From: a virus
Reading direction: 5' to 3' (one strand)
Length of the DNA stretch: 24,034 bases
UHGV virus genome: UHGV-0029496
Shown: positions 1 to 8,881 of the stretch, in pieces
Position numbering within the stretch: the first letter of the stretch is position 1
Layout: the number at the start of each line of letters is the position of its first letter
The notes under the pieces: model-generated
The model's database searches: none
What the model saw: the letters and a program-made list of their open reading frames with translations, nothing else
Told to the model about the DNA's origin: nothing
Program-made: the position numbers and the translations under genes

Positions 1-497
1 TCCAACTTATCCTGAACAGTTCTGTATACGGTGCCGTCAACGACAGTTGGCAGCCCGTATTTATACCTAACGGCTTCCGGGAAACTGCCGTCTGACCACA
101 TTGTTTCTAAATCGCTACGTAAGTCCGGGTCTGTCTGCGGTTTCCAGCTAACGTTACCTACCGGGTTAAAGGATGCAGGAACCACAACAGGCAACGTACC
201 TGCGTACGAATACCATGTTTTACTTACAGGGTCATACACCACTTTATCGCGGTCGTTAACTGTGAGAGTGCCGCCAGTTGAAAAGTCCCACGACACTGGG
301 GAAAAGCCAGCATCACGTAACACGGCAGGGAGCGTCTTCTGCGTCTGCCCGGTTACCTGGTTGGTCGCGTAATCAATATCAGCGCCGCCAGCAACGCCGC
401 CGGATTTGCCCGTGATAACCTCTGCTTCGAAAATCTGGTGTTTCTTGGCGGTTTGTAAATCCGCCAGGCTTAAAACGTCACCGCATCCGCTTGACAT
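1..497 (-). CDS. Tail fibre / tailspike-like protein, N-terminal part (gene runs off the window start)
   Basis: ATG at 497 preceded by AGAGGA SD 8 nt upstream; hand translation MSSGCGDVLSLADLQTAKKHQIFEAEVITGKSGGVAGG... stays open to position 1. Not in the ORF track because it has no in-window stop. Last gene of the tail module by position. Confidence 0.5.
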   Translation of the reverse strand, partial: MSSGCGDVLSLADLQTAKKHQIFEAEVITGKSGGVAGGADIDYATNQVTGQTQKTLPAVLRDAGFSPVSWDFSTGGTLTVNDRDKVVYDPVSKTWYSYAGTLPVVVPASFNPVGNVSWKPQTDPDLRSDLETMWSDGSFPEAVRYKYGLPTVVDGTVYRTVQDKL

Positions 498-511
498 ATA
501 TAGAGTCCTCT

Positions 512-3139
512 TTAGCTAAAACCGTTGCTGAATCCGCCGGAGAAACCGCGACCGAAGGGTGCGACACCGTCGTATTTATAGAAATCCGCTTCATAGTTAA
601 CCCCGGTAATCTTAACTGTTCTGTCATCTCCGGGGTCAACTGTAGAAACAAGAATCATCTGAGCATTATGCCTTGCTTCGTTGCCGAATGAAAACTCAGT
701 TTTTAGTGCGCTATTCCCTGTGTAAATTGCCTCCTGCGGCGCGGATAACATAACCACTTCACGGTCATGACTTCCAGGAACTACAGCGACGCTCTGGACA
801 CCACCGTCGCGCTTCTTAAGGATTAAAGAGTGGTCGTCACCCGGAGTAAATGTGACAGGCTGTGATAAAGTCAGAGTAAGACCATTAACGGCAACAACAT
901 AGCCGTCTTGAGGCGCTACGCGCGAACCTTTAACGACGCTTATTGCGCGACCCGGCAGCACAAAAACTCCCTCTTCTGTCGCTGTAAAGGACACCGTGAC
1001 TTTCTTCAACAGGTTCTTCTGGTACCGACGGTACGCCGCCCAGTACGCCTGACGATAATTACGTATACCTTTGGAGTCATACGTTTCAGTATTAACACCA
1101 CCTTCGGCTGGGATGCTGATGGTCTCTTTTACGTTAGTATCTGGGTCGATGTAGGAGAACTTAAGACTATCATATACCTGAGCGTCGTTGAACGTTCGGG
1201 TCCACTTCTCCGTAGCTGTAGTCTTGCTGCGATGTGTGAACACCATCTCCGGGCCAATCCGCGGGCGCTCGAAATCCAGTAATATGTCCTGCCCTTTACG
1301 ATATGGTATGCAGAAAATAGCGTCGGCTATTGTGCTGATTATGTCCTGCATAGTCATTTTATAATCGTCAAAAGTGTAGCAGAATTGACCGGCCTCTGCG
1401 TTACCGAAATAGTTTTCTATCTCGTTCTGAGTCGCTAACAACTTGTCCATATTGGATGTGGTTAGGTTGAGATTACCTACTACCGGGTCGCGGGCAAGAC
1501 GGATTAAGGACTGAATCGCCTGAGTATTTGGTGTCATAACCGTGTCGAATACGCCGTTGCCGAGGTATTTGTACACCATCTCTGTGGCAACCATACGTAG
1601 TTGCGGCTGCTTAATCTCCGCGGCCCGCGGCGTCTGCTTACGTGCGGAGTGCACGGTAGTACGGTTGCCGTAATGCGGTGTAGTGTCGCGTACCTGCCCA
1701 TAAAGATTGATGTAGGAAACCTCATCTACCACGGTTCCCTCAAAACTGAGGTCCAGGTCAGTGACGCGGCGGGCACGTACCCTAACTTTCGACCGCATGG
1801 GCAAGTCGGCGTAAATAGTAACACCTGTGTAATCCGCAGAACGACCTGATATAACGGCCTGTTTTGAGTAAACATCACCGTACGGCACGCCAGTTCCATC
1901 AAGGAGTTGATACTGAAGCTCGACAGTTACCGACGTGCGCAATTTACTGCCGTTGTCTTTATACATACCATTCGCGGCCGCGATGTTGGCTACTACACGT
2001 TCAACTTCCAGGCGGTTTAAGGTAGTCCAGTCCGTTAACGACTTATCGTAAGTGTTCGACGGTGAAATCCATGCTTCGGTACCTTGCGTTAAAGGAGTGA
2101 ATCCCGATGGCAATTTTTGCCATGCTGACAACATCCCTCCGACGGCTACTCTTACCTCAAAGTCATCTACGTATGTAACAGTATAGCTACCACTGACGTT
2201 AGCCACGTCTTTTACCAGAATAAGGTTAAAAACAGCTATGTCCCCAACTGATAAAATCTCAGAGAAAGCAGAGTCGCCAGTGTTATCGCGGACGACACCA
2301 GTTGCCCCCTGCAATGAAATCTCACCGGTATCACTGGGATTAACCCTGATGTCGTTCTGCGCTTTAAGAACAGCCCCATCTACCTCGTTCGAGGTAATAG
2401 TTATGTATAGATTTTGATTAATAGGATCCCCTACCAGAAGCTGAGGCGTATTTGTATTGTTAGGGGATGTAAATGGGGCGTATACCGCTACAGAAGTTCC
2501 TGTAATCTCCTGCACTTTAGTATCGCCGTCTGTGATGTCTTCGGCTTTAATATCAAGATACCCGCGACCGGCGTCATAGTAGCCGTATTCAACTACCACA
2601 CCTGCGTCATTGAAGACCTTATACGTAGTCATGAGGTCATTAGGGATAGTCTGGACCCTGCCGCAAATATCATACGACCGTTCATACGGCCGCGGTTTAT
2701 TGTTTCGGTCAGTCAGGCTGTTGTTGGGAGACTCCGCCTGCTGGTTCGCTAAACTCGTTTTAGGCGTTTTCTGCGACGGAGAAATCAACTTGGTAATAAA
2801 TTTAAGCACACCCAAAGGGTCAAGGAGTTTACCCAGAAAACCACCACCGCCGCCAGCACCCTCGATGATATGGAAAACGTCATCTTCTTTCAGCGCTTCG
2901 AAGTTTTCCGTTACGTCTGTATCATCACCAATCTCGCCGCGGTAAATACGCACAGGTACCCCGTCTGGGATGTTAGCAACGACGTATTCCATCGGAGGTA
3001 CGTTATACCGTTTGCGGTCAAAAGTACCGTCTTCGTTACGGGTGTAATGTAATATCAGCGCCAAAATTCTATCTCCGCATAAGTTTCGCGCAAGTCTTCC
3101 AGTCGGTCTAACCGTACCTGGCGACTTGCTAGCTCGCAA
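512..3139 (-). CDS. Tail tip protein: gpI-like N-terminal domain fused to a large J-like central fibre / host-specificity protein
   Basis: 875-codon ORF. N-terminal VRIYRGEIG...VFHIIEGAGGGGGFLGKLL resembles lambda tail assembly protein I (VIHIVPRVAGAKSGG). Track start is TTG at 3139; alternatives are TTG 3064 (GGAGA SD) or ATG 2992. Position after K-like gene. Confidence 0.6.
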   Translation of the reverse strand: MRASKSPGTVRPTGRLARNLCGDRILALILHYTRNEDGTFDRKRYNVPPMEYVVANIPDGVPVRIYRGEIGDDTDVTENFEALKEDDVFHIIEGAGGGGGFLGKLLDPLGVLKFITKLISPSQKTPKTSLANQQAESPNNSLTDRNNKPRPYERSYDICGRVQTIPNDLMTTYKVFNDAGVVVEYGYYDAGRGYLDIKAEDITDGDTKVQEITGTSVAVYAPFTSPNNTNTPQLLVGDPINQNLYITITSNEVDGAVLKAQNDIRVNPSDTGEISLQGATGVVRDNTGDSAFSEILSVGDIAVFNLILVKDVANVSGSYTVTYVDDFEVRVAVGGMLSAWQKLPSGFTPLTQGTEAWISPSNTYDKSLTDWTTLNRLEVERVVANIAAANGMYKDNGSKLRTSVTVELQYQLLDGTGVPYGDVYSKQAVISGRSADYTGVTIYADLPMRSKVRVRARRVTDLDLSFEGTVVDEVSYINLYGQVRDTTPHYGNRTTVHSARKQTPRAAEIKQPQLRMVATEMVYKYLGNGVFDTVMTPNTQAIQSLIRLARDPVVGNLNLTTSNMDKLLATQNEIENYFGNAEAGQFCYTFDDYKMTMQDIISTIADAIFCIPYRKGQDILLDFERPRIGPEMVFTHRSKTTATEKWTRTFNDAQVYDSLKFSYIDPDTNVKETISIPAEGGVNTETYDSKGIRNYRQAYWAAYRRYQKNLLKKVTVSFTATEEGVFVLPGRAISVVKGSRVAPQDGYVVAVNGLTLTLSQPVTFTPGDDHSLILKKRDGGVQSVAVVPGSHDREVVMLSAPQEAIYTGNSALKTEFSFGNEARHNAQMILVSTVDPGDDRTVKITGVNYEADFYKYDGVAPFGRGFSGGFSNGFS

Positions 3140-3420
3140 TGACTGACCATACCATCATAATATACGCCAGCGTGCCAGATTACACGGTTTCTGTGCCGTG
3201 TTGCCATCAGCACGGCATCGAAGTTTTGCGGAGTTTCTACGCGTACGAGGCCTTTAGTGTCTTTATGGCCTTCTTCGAAGGCGTCGTTAATCTGTGTTGG
3301 TGAAGCGACGTTAAACTCTGGCGTAAAAAGACCAGCGTCGGTACGAACGTTACGCACGTGGTGCCAGCAATTACGACGGCGAAAATCGTACGGTAACCCA
3401 GTATAAGAATTAATGTTCAT
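3055..3420 (-). CDS. Tail assembly protein, NlpC/P60-like (lambda gpK-like)
   Basis: ATG at 3420 overlaps the upstream stop (ATGA). Cys-His motifs NCWHHV, WHAGVYYDG, SHCEL fit an NlpC/P60 peptidase core; lies between L-like and I/J-like genes as in lambda. Confidence 0.55.
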   Translation of the reverse strand: MNINSYTGLPYDFRRRNCWHHVRNVRTDAGLFTPEFNVASPTQINDAFEEGHKDTKGLVRVETPQNFDAVLMATRHRNRVIWHAGVYYDGMVSHCELASRQVRLDRLEDLRETYAEIEFWR

Positions 3421-3932
3421 GTAGACAAAACACCACGTAACAATGGGATTACCGAAGGGGTCATTAGTTCACCGGTGGCTCTTTGGTTCAACATAGGGAC
3501 GCCGACGTCAGCTGTGAATATCCCCTTTTCCTGGTTTATCGACTGCAACTCGTATACAACTGGCCCATCAGCCGGGTAGGTTAAATCTGTGCTGACGAAA
3601 CGGCGGAATATGAACTTAGGTAACACCGTATTGTCCGGCGGTATGCGGTCCATCTCATCGTCTAATTGGTTACCGATGTCAGGTAATGCGAACGACGCCC
3701 GCTGGTCCATGTCGTTATTGTTGGCGGCTCCTTTAGCCTCCATAGGGGTGGCTTCAAACGTAACGACTTCGCCGGTCTCTAACGTCGCCGTCAGGTCGGA
3801 AGTTCCGCGGACAAGCAAATACCGCTTCGAAAGAAGCGGGTGTACTATCTCCAGCGTCGTGTAGTCAATTTCGCCGTCGGGATTTGAGGCCAGCTTACGG
3901 CGATAGGCAGCTTCTACTGATTCCTGGCTCAT
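3417..3932 (-). CDS. Minor tail protein, gpL-like N-terminal domain
   Basis: 171 aa; position between M-like and K-like genes; loose pattern resemblance to lambda gpL N-terminus, but lacks the C-terminal Cys cluster. Confidence 0.4.
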   Translation of the reverse strand: MSQESVEAAYRRKLASNPDGEIDYTTLEIVHPLLSKRYLLVRGTSDLTATLETGEVVTFEATPMEAKGAANNNDMDQRASFALPDIGNQLDDEMDRIPPDNTVLPKFIFRRFVSTDLTYPADGPVVYELQSINQEKGIFTADVGVPMLNQRATGELMTPSVIPLLRGVLST

Positions 3933-3935
3933 AAA

Positions 3936-5306
3936 TTAACCGTCCACATTAAAGTCGATACGAGTGATGTATTTACTACCCCACACGGAATCTGCCTGTG
4001 GAATAATGGCGTAATCATCTACAGCCGGAACGTTCACCATGGAGCCATCTGAATAGGCAATGTCGATACTTGTTGCGCCGTTCATTACTACTTTTGCTGA
4101 TGCCGTCGTGCGCGTTCCTGGTGACAATTCGGTTACTATCGGGGACGAGGCAAAGCCGCGTTTTTCTATTTGCGGATTGAAAACAATAATTCCGCTAATA
4201 CCATCTCCCTGAAATGAGCCGTTTGTTGCAGAGGCGTATAGCATAACCCTGTACTGAGCTGATAACGAAGATAGCCTCGATGCGTCGAAAGATATTGATA
4301 CAGACGCATAACCACCAAGATCCGCAATAGATGCCACTCCACCGAACGATGATTTGATAACTTTGCTATCAATGTCTGCAACAACAGATGCGACGTCAAA
4401 ATTATCCGAGTTTCTTATATATAATCTTAAAAAATCCAAACCATTACCAGCCGCTATGACGCTGAATGTAACATAATCTTCTGCATCTAATTGCATGTTT
4501 TGAGAAAAGTAATGAGACCCGCTGGTTGTAGTAGCGATCACTGAAAATATATCCGATGTAGCTTCTCTATTGACTGTGACGTTTGTTAGTGAAGAAGATG
4601 AAATGTCTCCTGAATTTATATAAAGATTTTCAGAATAATATTCTGGAGGCACCCGTCCGACAGCAACCCCATCGATAAACGTAAGGGGCCATTCATTTAC
4701 GGCGGACTGCACAAGATTACCGTTTCGGTTGATGTAATAAACCTGCGGCCCGTCATACACAATGCGACTATCCAGCGTGAGCGCCAGAAGGTTGATCGGC
4801 GGATAGCCGGCTGGCCCTTCATCGCTCCTGATGCGCGGGAACGTAGTCTCATAGTTCGCGTATACTTTCAGGAAACTACCCAGACAATCCCCGTAACAGC
4901 CATACAAATCTGGCAGATTCTTAGTAAGACATGTGTCTTCCTGAATTGCTGTGCGCTCTGCTGTAGCAGTAAACGTAATGACCCAGTTTTTACCGTCGTC
5001 TGTGCTATCGCTAATGTCGGACGTAATAAGAACCTTGTGGTCTTCGATACCTAAACCGGTATCATGAGGCATGATGAACGAAGATGCCCCGCCGTCTATG
5101 TTATTCAGGAAGCTATAGAAAGCCTGACGGCCTAGTGACGATACGACCAGGGTAACGCTAATAGGTACCGGTTCGAAGTATGTATCACGCCCCTGTCGAG
5201 GCACGCCACCTTGCACTTCTGTACGCCAGATATTACTCCCTCGCGTTTGGGAGTACCCCTTCGACACTATTGGTCGAAGGGACATAGGGAATCTCAAATC
5301 ACTCAT
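3936..5306 (-). CDS. Distal tail protein, gpM-like N-terminal domain with long C-terminal extension
   Basis: 456 aa directly after the tape measure gene; N-terminus has the GYSQ motif seen in lambda gpM (GDGYSQRAP); about 340 extra residues, partly encoded by a visibly AT-rich segment (about 4380-4700). Confidence 0.55.
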   Translation of the reverse strand: MSDLRFPMSLRPIVSKGYSQTRGSNIWRTEVQGGVPRQGRDTYFEPVPISVTLVVSSLGRQAFYSFLNNIDGGASSFIMPHDTGLGIEDHKVLITSDISDSTDDGKNWVITFTATAERTAIQEDTCLTKNLPDLYGCYGDCLGSFLKVYANYETTFPRIRSDEGPAGYPPINLLALTLDSRIVYDGPQVYYINRNGNLVQSAVNEWPLTFIDGVAVGRVPPEYYSENLYINSGDISSSSLTNVTVNREATSDIFSVIATTTSGSHYFSQNMQLDAEDYVTFSVIAAGNGLDFLRLYIRNSDNFDVASVVADIDSKVIKSSFGGVASIADLGGYASVSISFDASRLSSLSAQYRVMLYASATNGSFQGDGISGIIVFNPQIEKRGFASSPIVTELSPGTRTTASAKVVMNGATSIDIAYSDGSMVNVPAVDDYAIIPQADSVWGSKYITRIDFNVDG

Positions 5307-5309
5307 TGG

Positions 5310-7619
5310 TTAATACCCCGGCTGGTTTCGTGTAGCCCGGCGGGACTTGGAGATTGCACTGTTGCTGTCTTGTAACGCCGCCGATACTGTTTCACTGATG
5401 ATAACACGTAACCGCCCTTCGTCGTCACGCTCTGTAACGGCGGAATCAACTCGTCCGGTGGTGTTGTTGACGATTGTCACGCTGTCACCGCCTGACTTGT
5501 TGCCGTTCTCGCCCATAATCTGGCGCATTTGTTCGGCGGTACGGACGCGTGATGCCCCCGCTGGCATAATAACTTCAGGCTTGTTACGTTCGGCGATGGT
5601 GGATAGTTGCCCGGCGGCTAAGTTACCGCCCTGCTCACGAGCCGAACGAATCTTACCAATGTTCGCCAGACCTGCTGCTACCGCTGCCGCGGCAGCTACG
5701 GGGCCGAGTACCCATCCGACAATAGGAATCGCGGACGCAGATTTATAAGCCTCGATGGCGGAGGTGTATGTGGCTATTGTAGCCTGAGCAATAGCAAACG
5801 CTTTATACGCGCTAGACGCTTCACCAAGTGACGACTTAATATTGTCCGCCATCATGCCGAAAGCGTTACCCGTAGCGTTGGCGCGCTTCAAAGCATACTG
5901 GCCGTTTATCGCGTTAACCGCGGCCTGATACTGTTCCTCGTTTATAAGATTTTGTTCCCGGTACCGGTCTGCAACGTCCAGTTTTTGCTGTTCCTGAATC
6001 TCGAGAAGCTCAAGCTCAGCGGCATTCTGGCCCATAATCTGGGCCATGAAGTCTTCACCTTTCTGGTTCTTTTCCTGCCGTTCTTTCTCTCGCTTGGCGA
6101 GTTCTTCCTGGCGTGCGGTGTCCGCCTCCAGCATAATCTGAGTTTTGGCGTTTTCGTACTGCTGCTGGCTTATTGTTCCTGCTCGGTTGAACTCTTCGAG
6201 TTTCGCCAGTTTCTGTTCTTCCGCCGCGGTGATACGAGAAATTTCGTCTCCGGTTGTACGGTCAACCGTAGCTAGGAAATCTTCTGCGGCTTTCTTCTGG
6301 CGTTGTGCTGCCATTTCTTCACGTTTGGTCTGTGCCGCCAGACGTTCCTCGTTCGATTTAGCCTCTCGGTCGGCCTTCTCTTTCTCGGCCTTGTCAATGC
6401 GGGCGATGTCTTGCTGCGCTTCCGCGTCACGAGCGGCATTATACGCTGCAATCTGTTCTTTGGTGACGGCTTCACGTTTAGCGAACGCCTGTTTATCGAG
6501 TTCAGCTTGCGCCCGGATGCGCTCACGGTCACTTAGGATGGCGATTTGCTGGTTCTTAACAATGGCTTCGTTCTGTTCCTGGAATCTCTGCGTGGTTGAG
6601 TTGACGTTACGACCAAGATTCTTTTGAGCCTCCGCTGCCGCGTTTGCTGACTTCTCCGCGTTCTCCAGTGCCGTGGCGTTCTTGTTGGCATTGTCAGTAA
6701 GGCGTATAAGTTCCGGGTTCAACTGTTCCGTGTTACCTAGCCAGTCGGTGAACACATCGGCGATGCGACGGGCGTTCTCCGCGGTCGGCTCTTTGTTAAA
6801 CGCACTCTGCGCCGCTATCATCTCCAGCGCCTGGTCGCGGTTAACCCCGAACTTACTGCTAAGCTCCGCAATGTTCTGCGCCAGCATGTTGACGCCTACG
6901 ATATTACCCTCGTAAGTGCCGCCGAGTTTTTCTAACGTGTCGCCTACATCAACGCCCTTAGATACCAATGCATCATACTGGCTAATCGCCGATGCCGTGG
7001 ATGCTTTCCACGTTTCCCACGATTCTGCGTCCTCGCGAATGGCTTTAGCTGTTTGCTGCGCGATAAGGTCCGCGTTGGCCTTAGCTAGAGCAAGCTGAGT
7101 CTCCGCCGCTTCTCTGCTGATTTGGGTAAGCTGGATAAGGCCGTCTGTCAGTTCAAGAGAACCGGATGCCGTTTGCTGGAAAGTATCTTTTAACTGCTTC
7201 TGCGCAGCTTCGAGGTCTTTTGAACTGCCTTCTGCTTCGGTTAGCGATTTATACAGGACACCGCCAATTGCTGACGCAAGAGCAATTACAGCCCCAAGCA
7301 CCGCACCACCGGGGCCGAAAGCACCAGCAAGTTGGGAACCTTGCTGCCCTATCGCAACGAATGCAGACGTACCGGATTGCAACTGGACTACCATGTCCTG
7401 CACCTGGTAACCAACCTGCTCGGCGGCATTGCGGAACTTGGCAAAACCGTCGAACACGGCTTTAGACGTAGCGGAATTTACTTTATTAACATCCGGCGTT
7501 AGTTTGTTTACAGATGTGTCCGCCCGGTCTGCGGATGCCGCCATAGCGTCAAGCTGTTTAGCAGCTGCATCAGCGCCTTCTGTTTTTACTCTGGCAATTA
7601 GGGAAGCCGTATCAGCCAT
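5310..7619 (-). CDS. Tail tape measure protein
   Basis: Long Ala/Gln/Glu-rich alpha-helical ORF downstream of the G/T chaperone pair, with Gly-rich hydrophobic segments. Track start is TTG at 7634; first ATG is at 7619 (MADTASLIARVK...). Confidence 0.8.
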   Translation of the reverse strand: MADTASLIARVKTEGADAAAKQLDAMAASADRADTSVNKLTPDVNKVNSATSKAVFDGFAKFRNAAEQVGYQVQDMVVQLQSGTSAFVAIGQQGSQLAGAFGPGGAVLGAVIALASAIGGVLYKSLTEAEGSSKDLEAAQKQLKDTFQQTASGSLELTDGLIQLTQISREAAETQLALAKANADLIAQQTAKAIREDAESWETWKASTASAISQYDALVSKGVDVGDTLEKLGGTYEGNIVGVNMLAQNIAELSSKFGVNRDQALEMIAAQSAFNKEPTAENARRIADVFTDWLGNTEQLNPELIRLTDNANKNATALENAEKSANAAAEAQKNLGRNVNSTTQRFQEQNEAIVKNQQIAILSDRERIRAQAELDKQAFAKREAVTKEQIAAYNAARDAEAQQDIARIDKAEKEKADREAKSNEERLAAQTKREEMAAQRQKKAAEDFLATVDRTTGDEISRITAAEEQKLAKLEEFNRAGTISQQQYENAKTQIMLEADTARQEELAKREKERQEKNQKGEDFMAQIMGQNAAELELLEIQEQQKLDVADRYREQNLINEEQYQAAVNAINGQYALKRANATGNAFGMMADNIKSSLGEASSAYKAFAIAQATIATYTSAIEAYKSASAIPIVGWVLGPVAAAAAVAAGLANIGKIRSAREQGGNLAAGQLSTIAERNKPEVIMPAGASRVRTAEQMRQIMGENGNKSGGDSVTIVNNTTGRVDSAVTERDDEGRLRVIISETVSAALQDSNSAISKSRRATRNQPGY

Positions 7620-7983
7620 CTTCTCTGCCCTCAAATATTCCGTCTAAGCCCATGATAACCTCGGCTTCGAACAAACTTATGCCGTAACCGGCGACATCAC
7701 GAAACGCTACCAAATCTTGCCATTTGAGCGCATCGCGCGGGATTATAACGATAGTATCATCTGTTTCGCGCTGTAGGAATTTAATGGCACGGTATTTCTC
7801 GAACACGTCGATAAGAGAAACGGGGCATTCTGGCCCCGTCGCTTCTTTCATCTGCGGTTCTTTAATCACGCCCATTGCAATCAAAGCCGCCTGGTGCCCT
7901 GCCGCGATGTCGTCGAATTGCTTACGTTTGTGGCGGTCGACAAAGCACCATTGCGCAAACTCATACAGCGCTTTTACTTTTCC
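7612..7983 (-). CDS. Tail assembly chaperone -1 frameshift extension (gpT-like), expressed as a G-T fusion
   Basis: The -1 frame relative to the G ORF is open from 7998 to the stop at 7612-7614 and overlaps the last G codons; slip candidate G-GAA-AAG at 7977-7983 (minus strand) just before the G stop. Confidence 0.45.
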   Translation of the reverse strand, partial: GKVKALYEFAQWCFVDRHKRKQFDDIAAGHQAALIAMGVIKEPQMKEATGPECPVSLIDVFEKYRAIKFLQRETDDTIVIIPRDALKWQDLVAFRDVAGYGISLFEAEVIMGLDGIFEGREDG

Positions 7984-8390
7984 GAGAGTTTCTCGCGGCT
8001 ATCAGTATGGTGCTTAACTACGGCTTCTGCCAGTCCGCTGTACTGGTCAAACAGGTTAGCCAGCGCCTCTTTGCTGAACGGTTCGTCGAATGACCAACCG
8101 GTGACGATTTCCACGGCAAGCTGCTTGTTCAGGTCCATCACCCGCCAGCCCTTCTCATCGTTATAGCGCGCCCAGTTATTCAGTGCCTCGCACTCTTTAT
8201 CTAATGGCGCAAGTTCTTCCGTAAGGCGGCGAATTGCCGTTGTGTAGGCGCGGCCCGCACGAACACCCGCGTCACAATCGGGGCCAATGACCTGCAACCA
8301 TTCGCCGGAGTCCTTACCACTCGGCAGAAGGATAGGCATTTTAGTGCCGGCGGCGTGGCGGTCGGCAAAATAGAAATCAGAAAGTTTCAT
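7974..8390 (-). CDS. Tail assembly chaperone (gpG-like)
   Basis: 138 aa acidic protein immediately upstream of the tape measure gene; AAGGA SD before ATG 8390; followed by an overlapping -1 frame ORF. Confidence 0.55.
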   Translation of the reverse strand: MKLSDFYFADRHAAGTKMPILLPSGKDSGEWLQVIGPDCDAGVRAGRAYTTAIRRLTEELAPLDKECEALNNWARYNDEKGWRVMDLNKQLAVEIVTGWSFDEPFSKEALANLFDQYSGLAEAVVKHHTDSREKLSEK

Positions 8391-8482
8391 TCTTTAATCC
8401 TTTGGTTAAGAGGTTACGGGTTAAGGTTGACGCGCCAGACGGGAACCACCCGCTTTTCGTGTGCGACACTAGGCGCAAACTT

Positions 8483-8516
8483 ATTCTAGCACACTACTTG
8501 CACACCCCAATATAAT
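8483..8516. promoter_or_regulatory. Divergent promoter candidates in the 164-bp gap between the chaperone gene (minus) and the plus-strand cassette
   Basis: Plus strand: perfect TATAAT at 8511-8516, about 40 nt before ATG 8555, weak -35. Minus strand: TAGAAT (plus 8483-8488) with TTGGGG 16 nt upstream. Confidence 0.25.
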
Positions 8517-8554
8517 AGGGTACTATTCACCTGTAACTTACTGAGGAAATAATT

Positions 8555-8881
8555 ATGCGTAAATTAGTATTAGCTCTGGGGTTTATGTCTTTTGCGGCTT
8601 TTGGGTCCTCGTGCGAACAGGCATTTAGTGAATCTGTTCTTATGACTTCTGGTGTGCTTGAGAAAGCCGACCCTACTATTGTAAAGGCATTTAGGGACTC
8701 TACCGTTCGCGAGTGTGAGGCCGCCGTGGAGGTTGGTAAATCGGGCCTACCCCCGCAAGCCGTAACATACACGGTAATACGTTCGGTAGAGAAAAACGGA
8801 GATGCGTTTTACAGCCTACTGACAGCCACCCGTCTGCAAATGGTAATGACGGGTTGGGCAGTAGGCGCAGAAAGTAAATAG
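8555..8881 (+). CDS. Small secreted protein or possible lipoprotein
   Basis: GAGGAA SD 6 nt before ATG; N-terminus MRKLVLALGFMSFAAFGSSC is a classic signal peptide with Cys at 20 (non-canonical lipobox); three Cys in total. Confidence 0.6.
   Translation: MRKLVLALGFMSFAAFGSSCEQAFSESVLMTSGVLEKADPTIVKAFRDSTVRECEAAVEVGKSGLPPQAVTYTVIRSVEKNGDAFYSLLTATRLQMVMTGWAVGAESK

Noticed and set aside
31-372. 113-aa plus-strand ORF at the window start
   Set aside because: Fully overlapped by the better-supported minus-strand tail fibre ORF (SD plus open frame to the window edge).
5347-7098. Several plus-strand ORFs (5347..5748, 5952..6275, 6145..6627, 6673..6915, 6916..7098) inside the tape measure region
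   Set aside because: They lie antisense to a long, clearly coding minus-strand gene and have low-complexity Ser/Ala/Leu/Cys-rich translations with no RBS; typical shadow ORFs.
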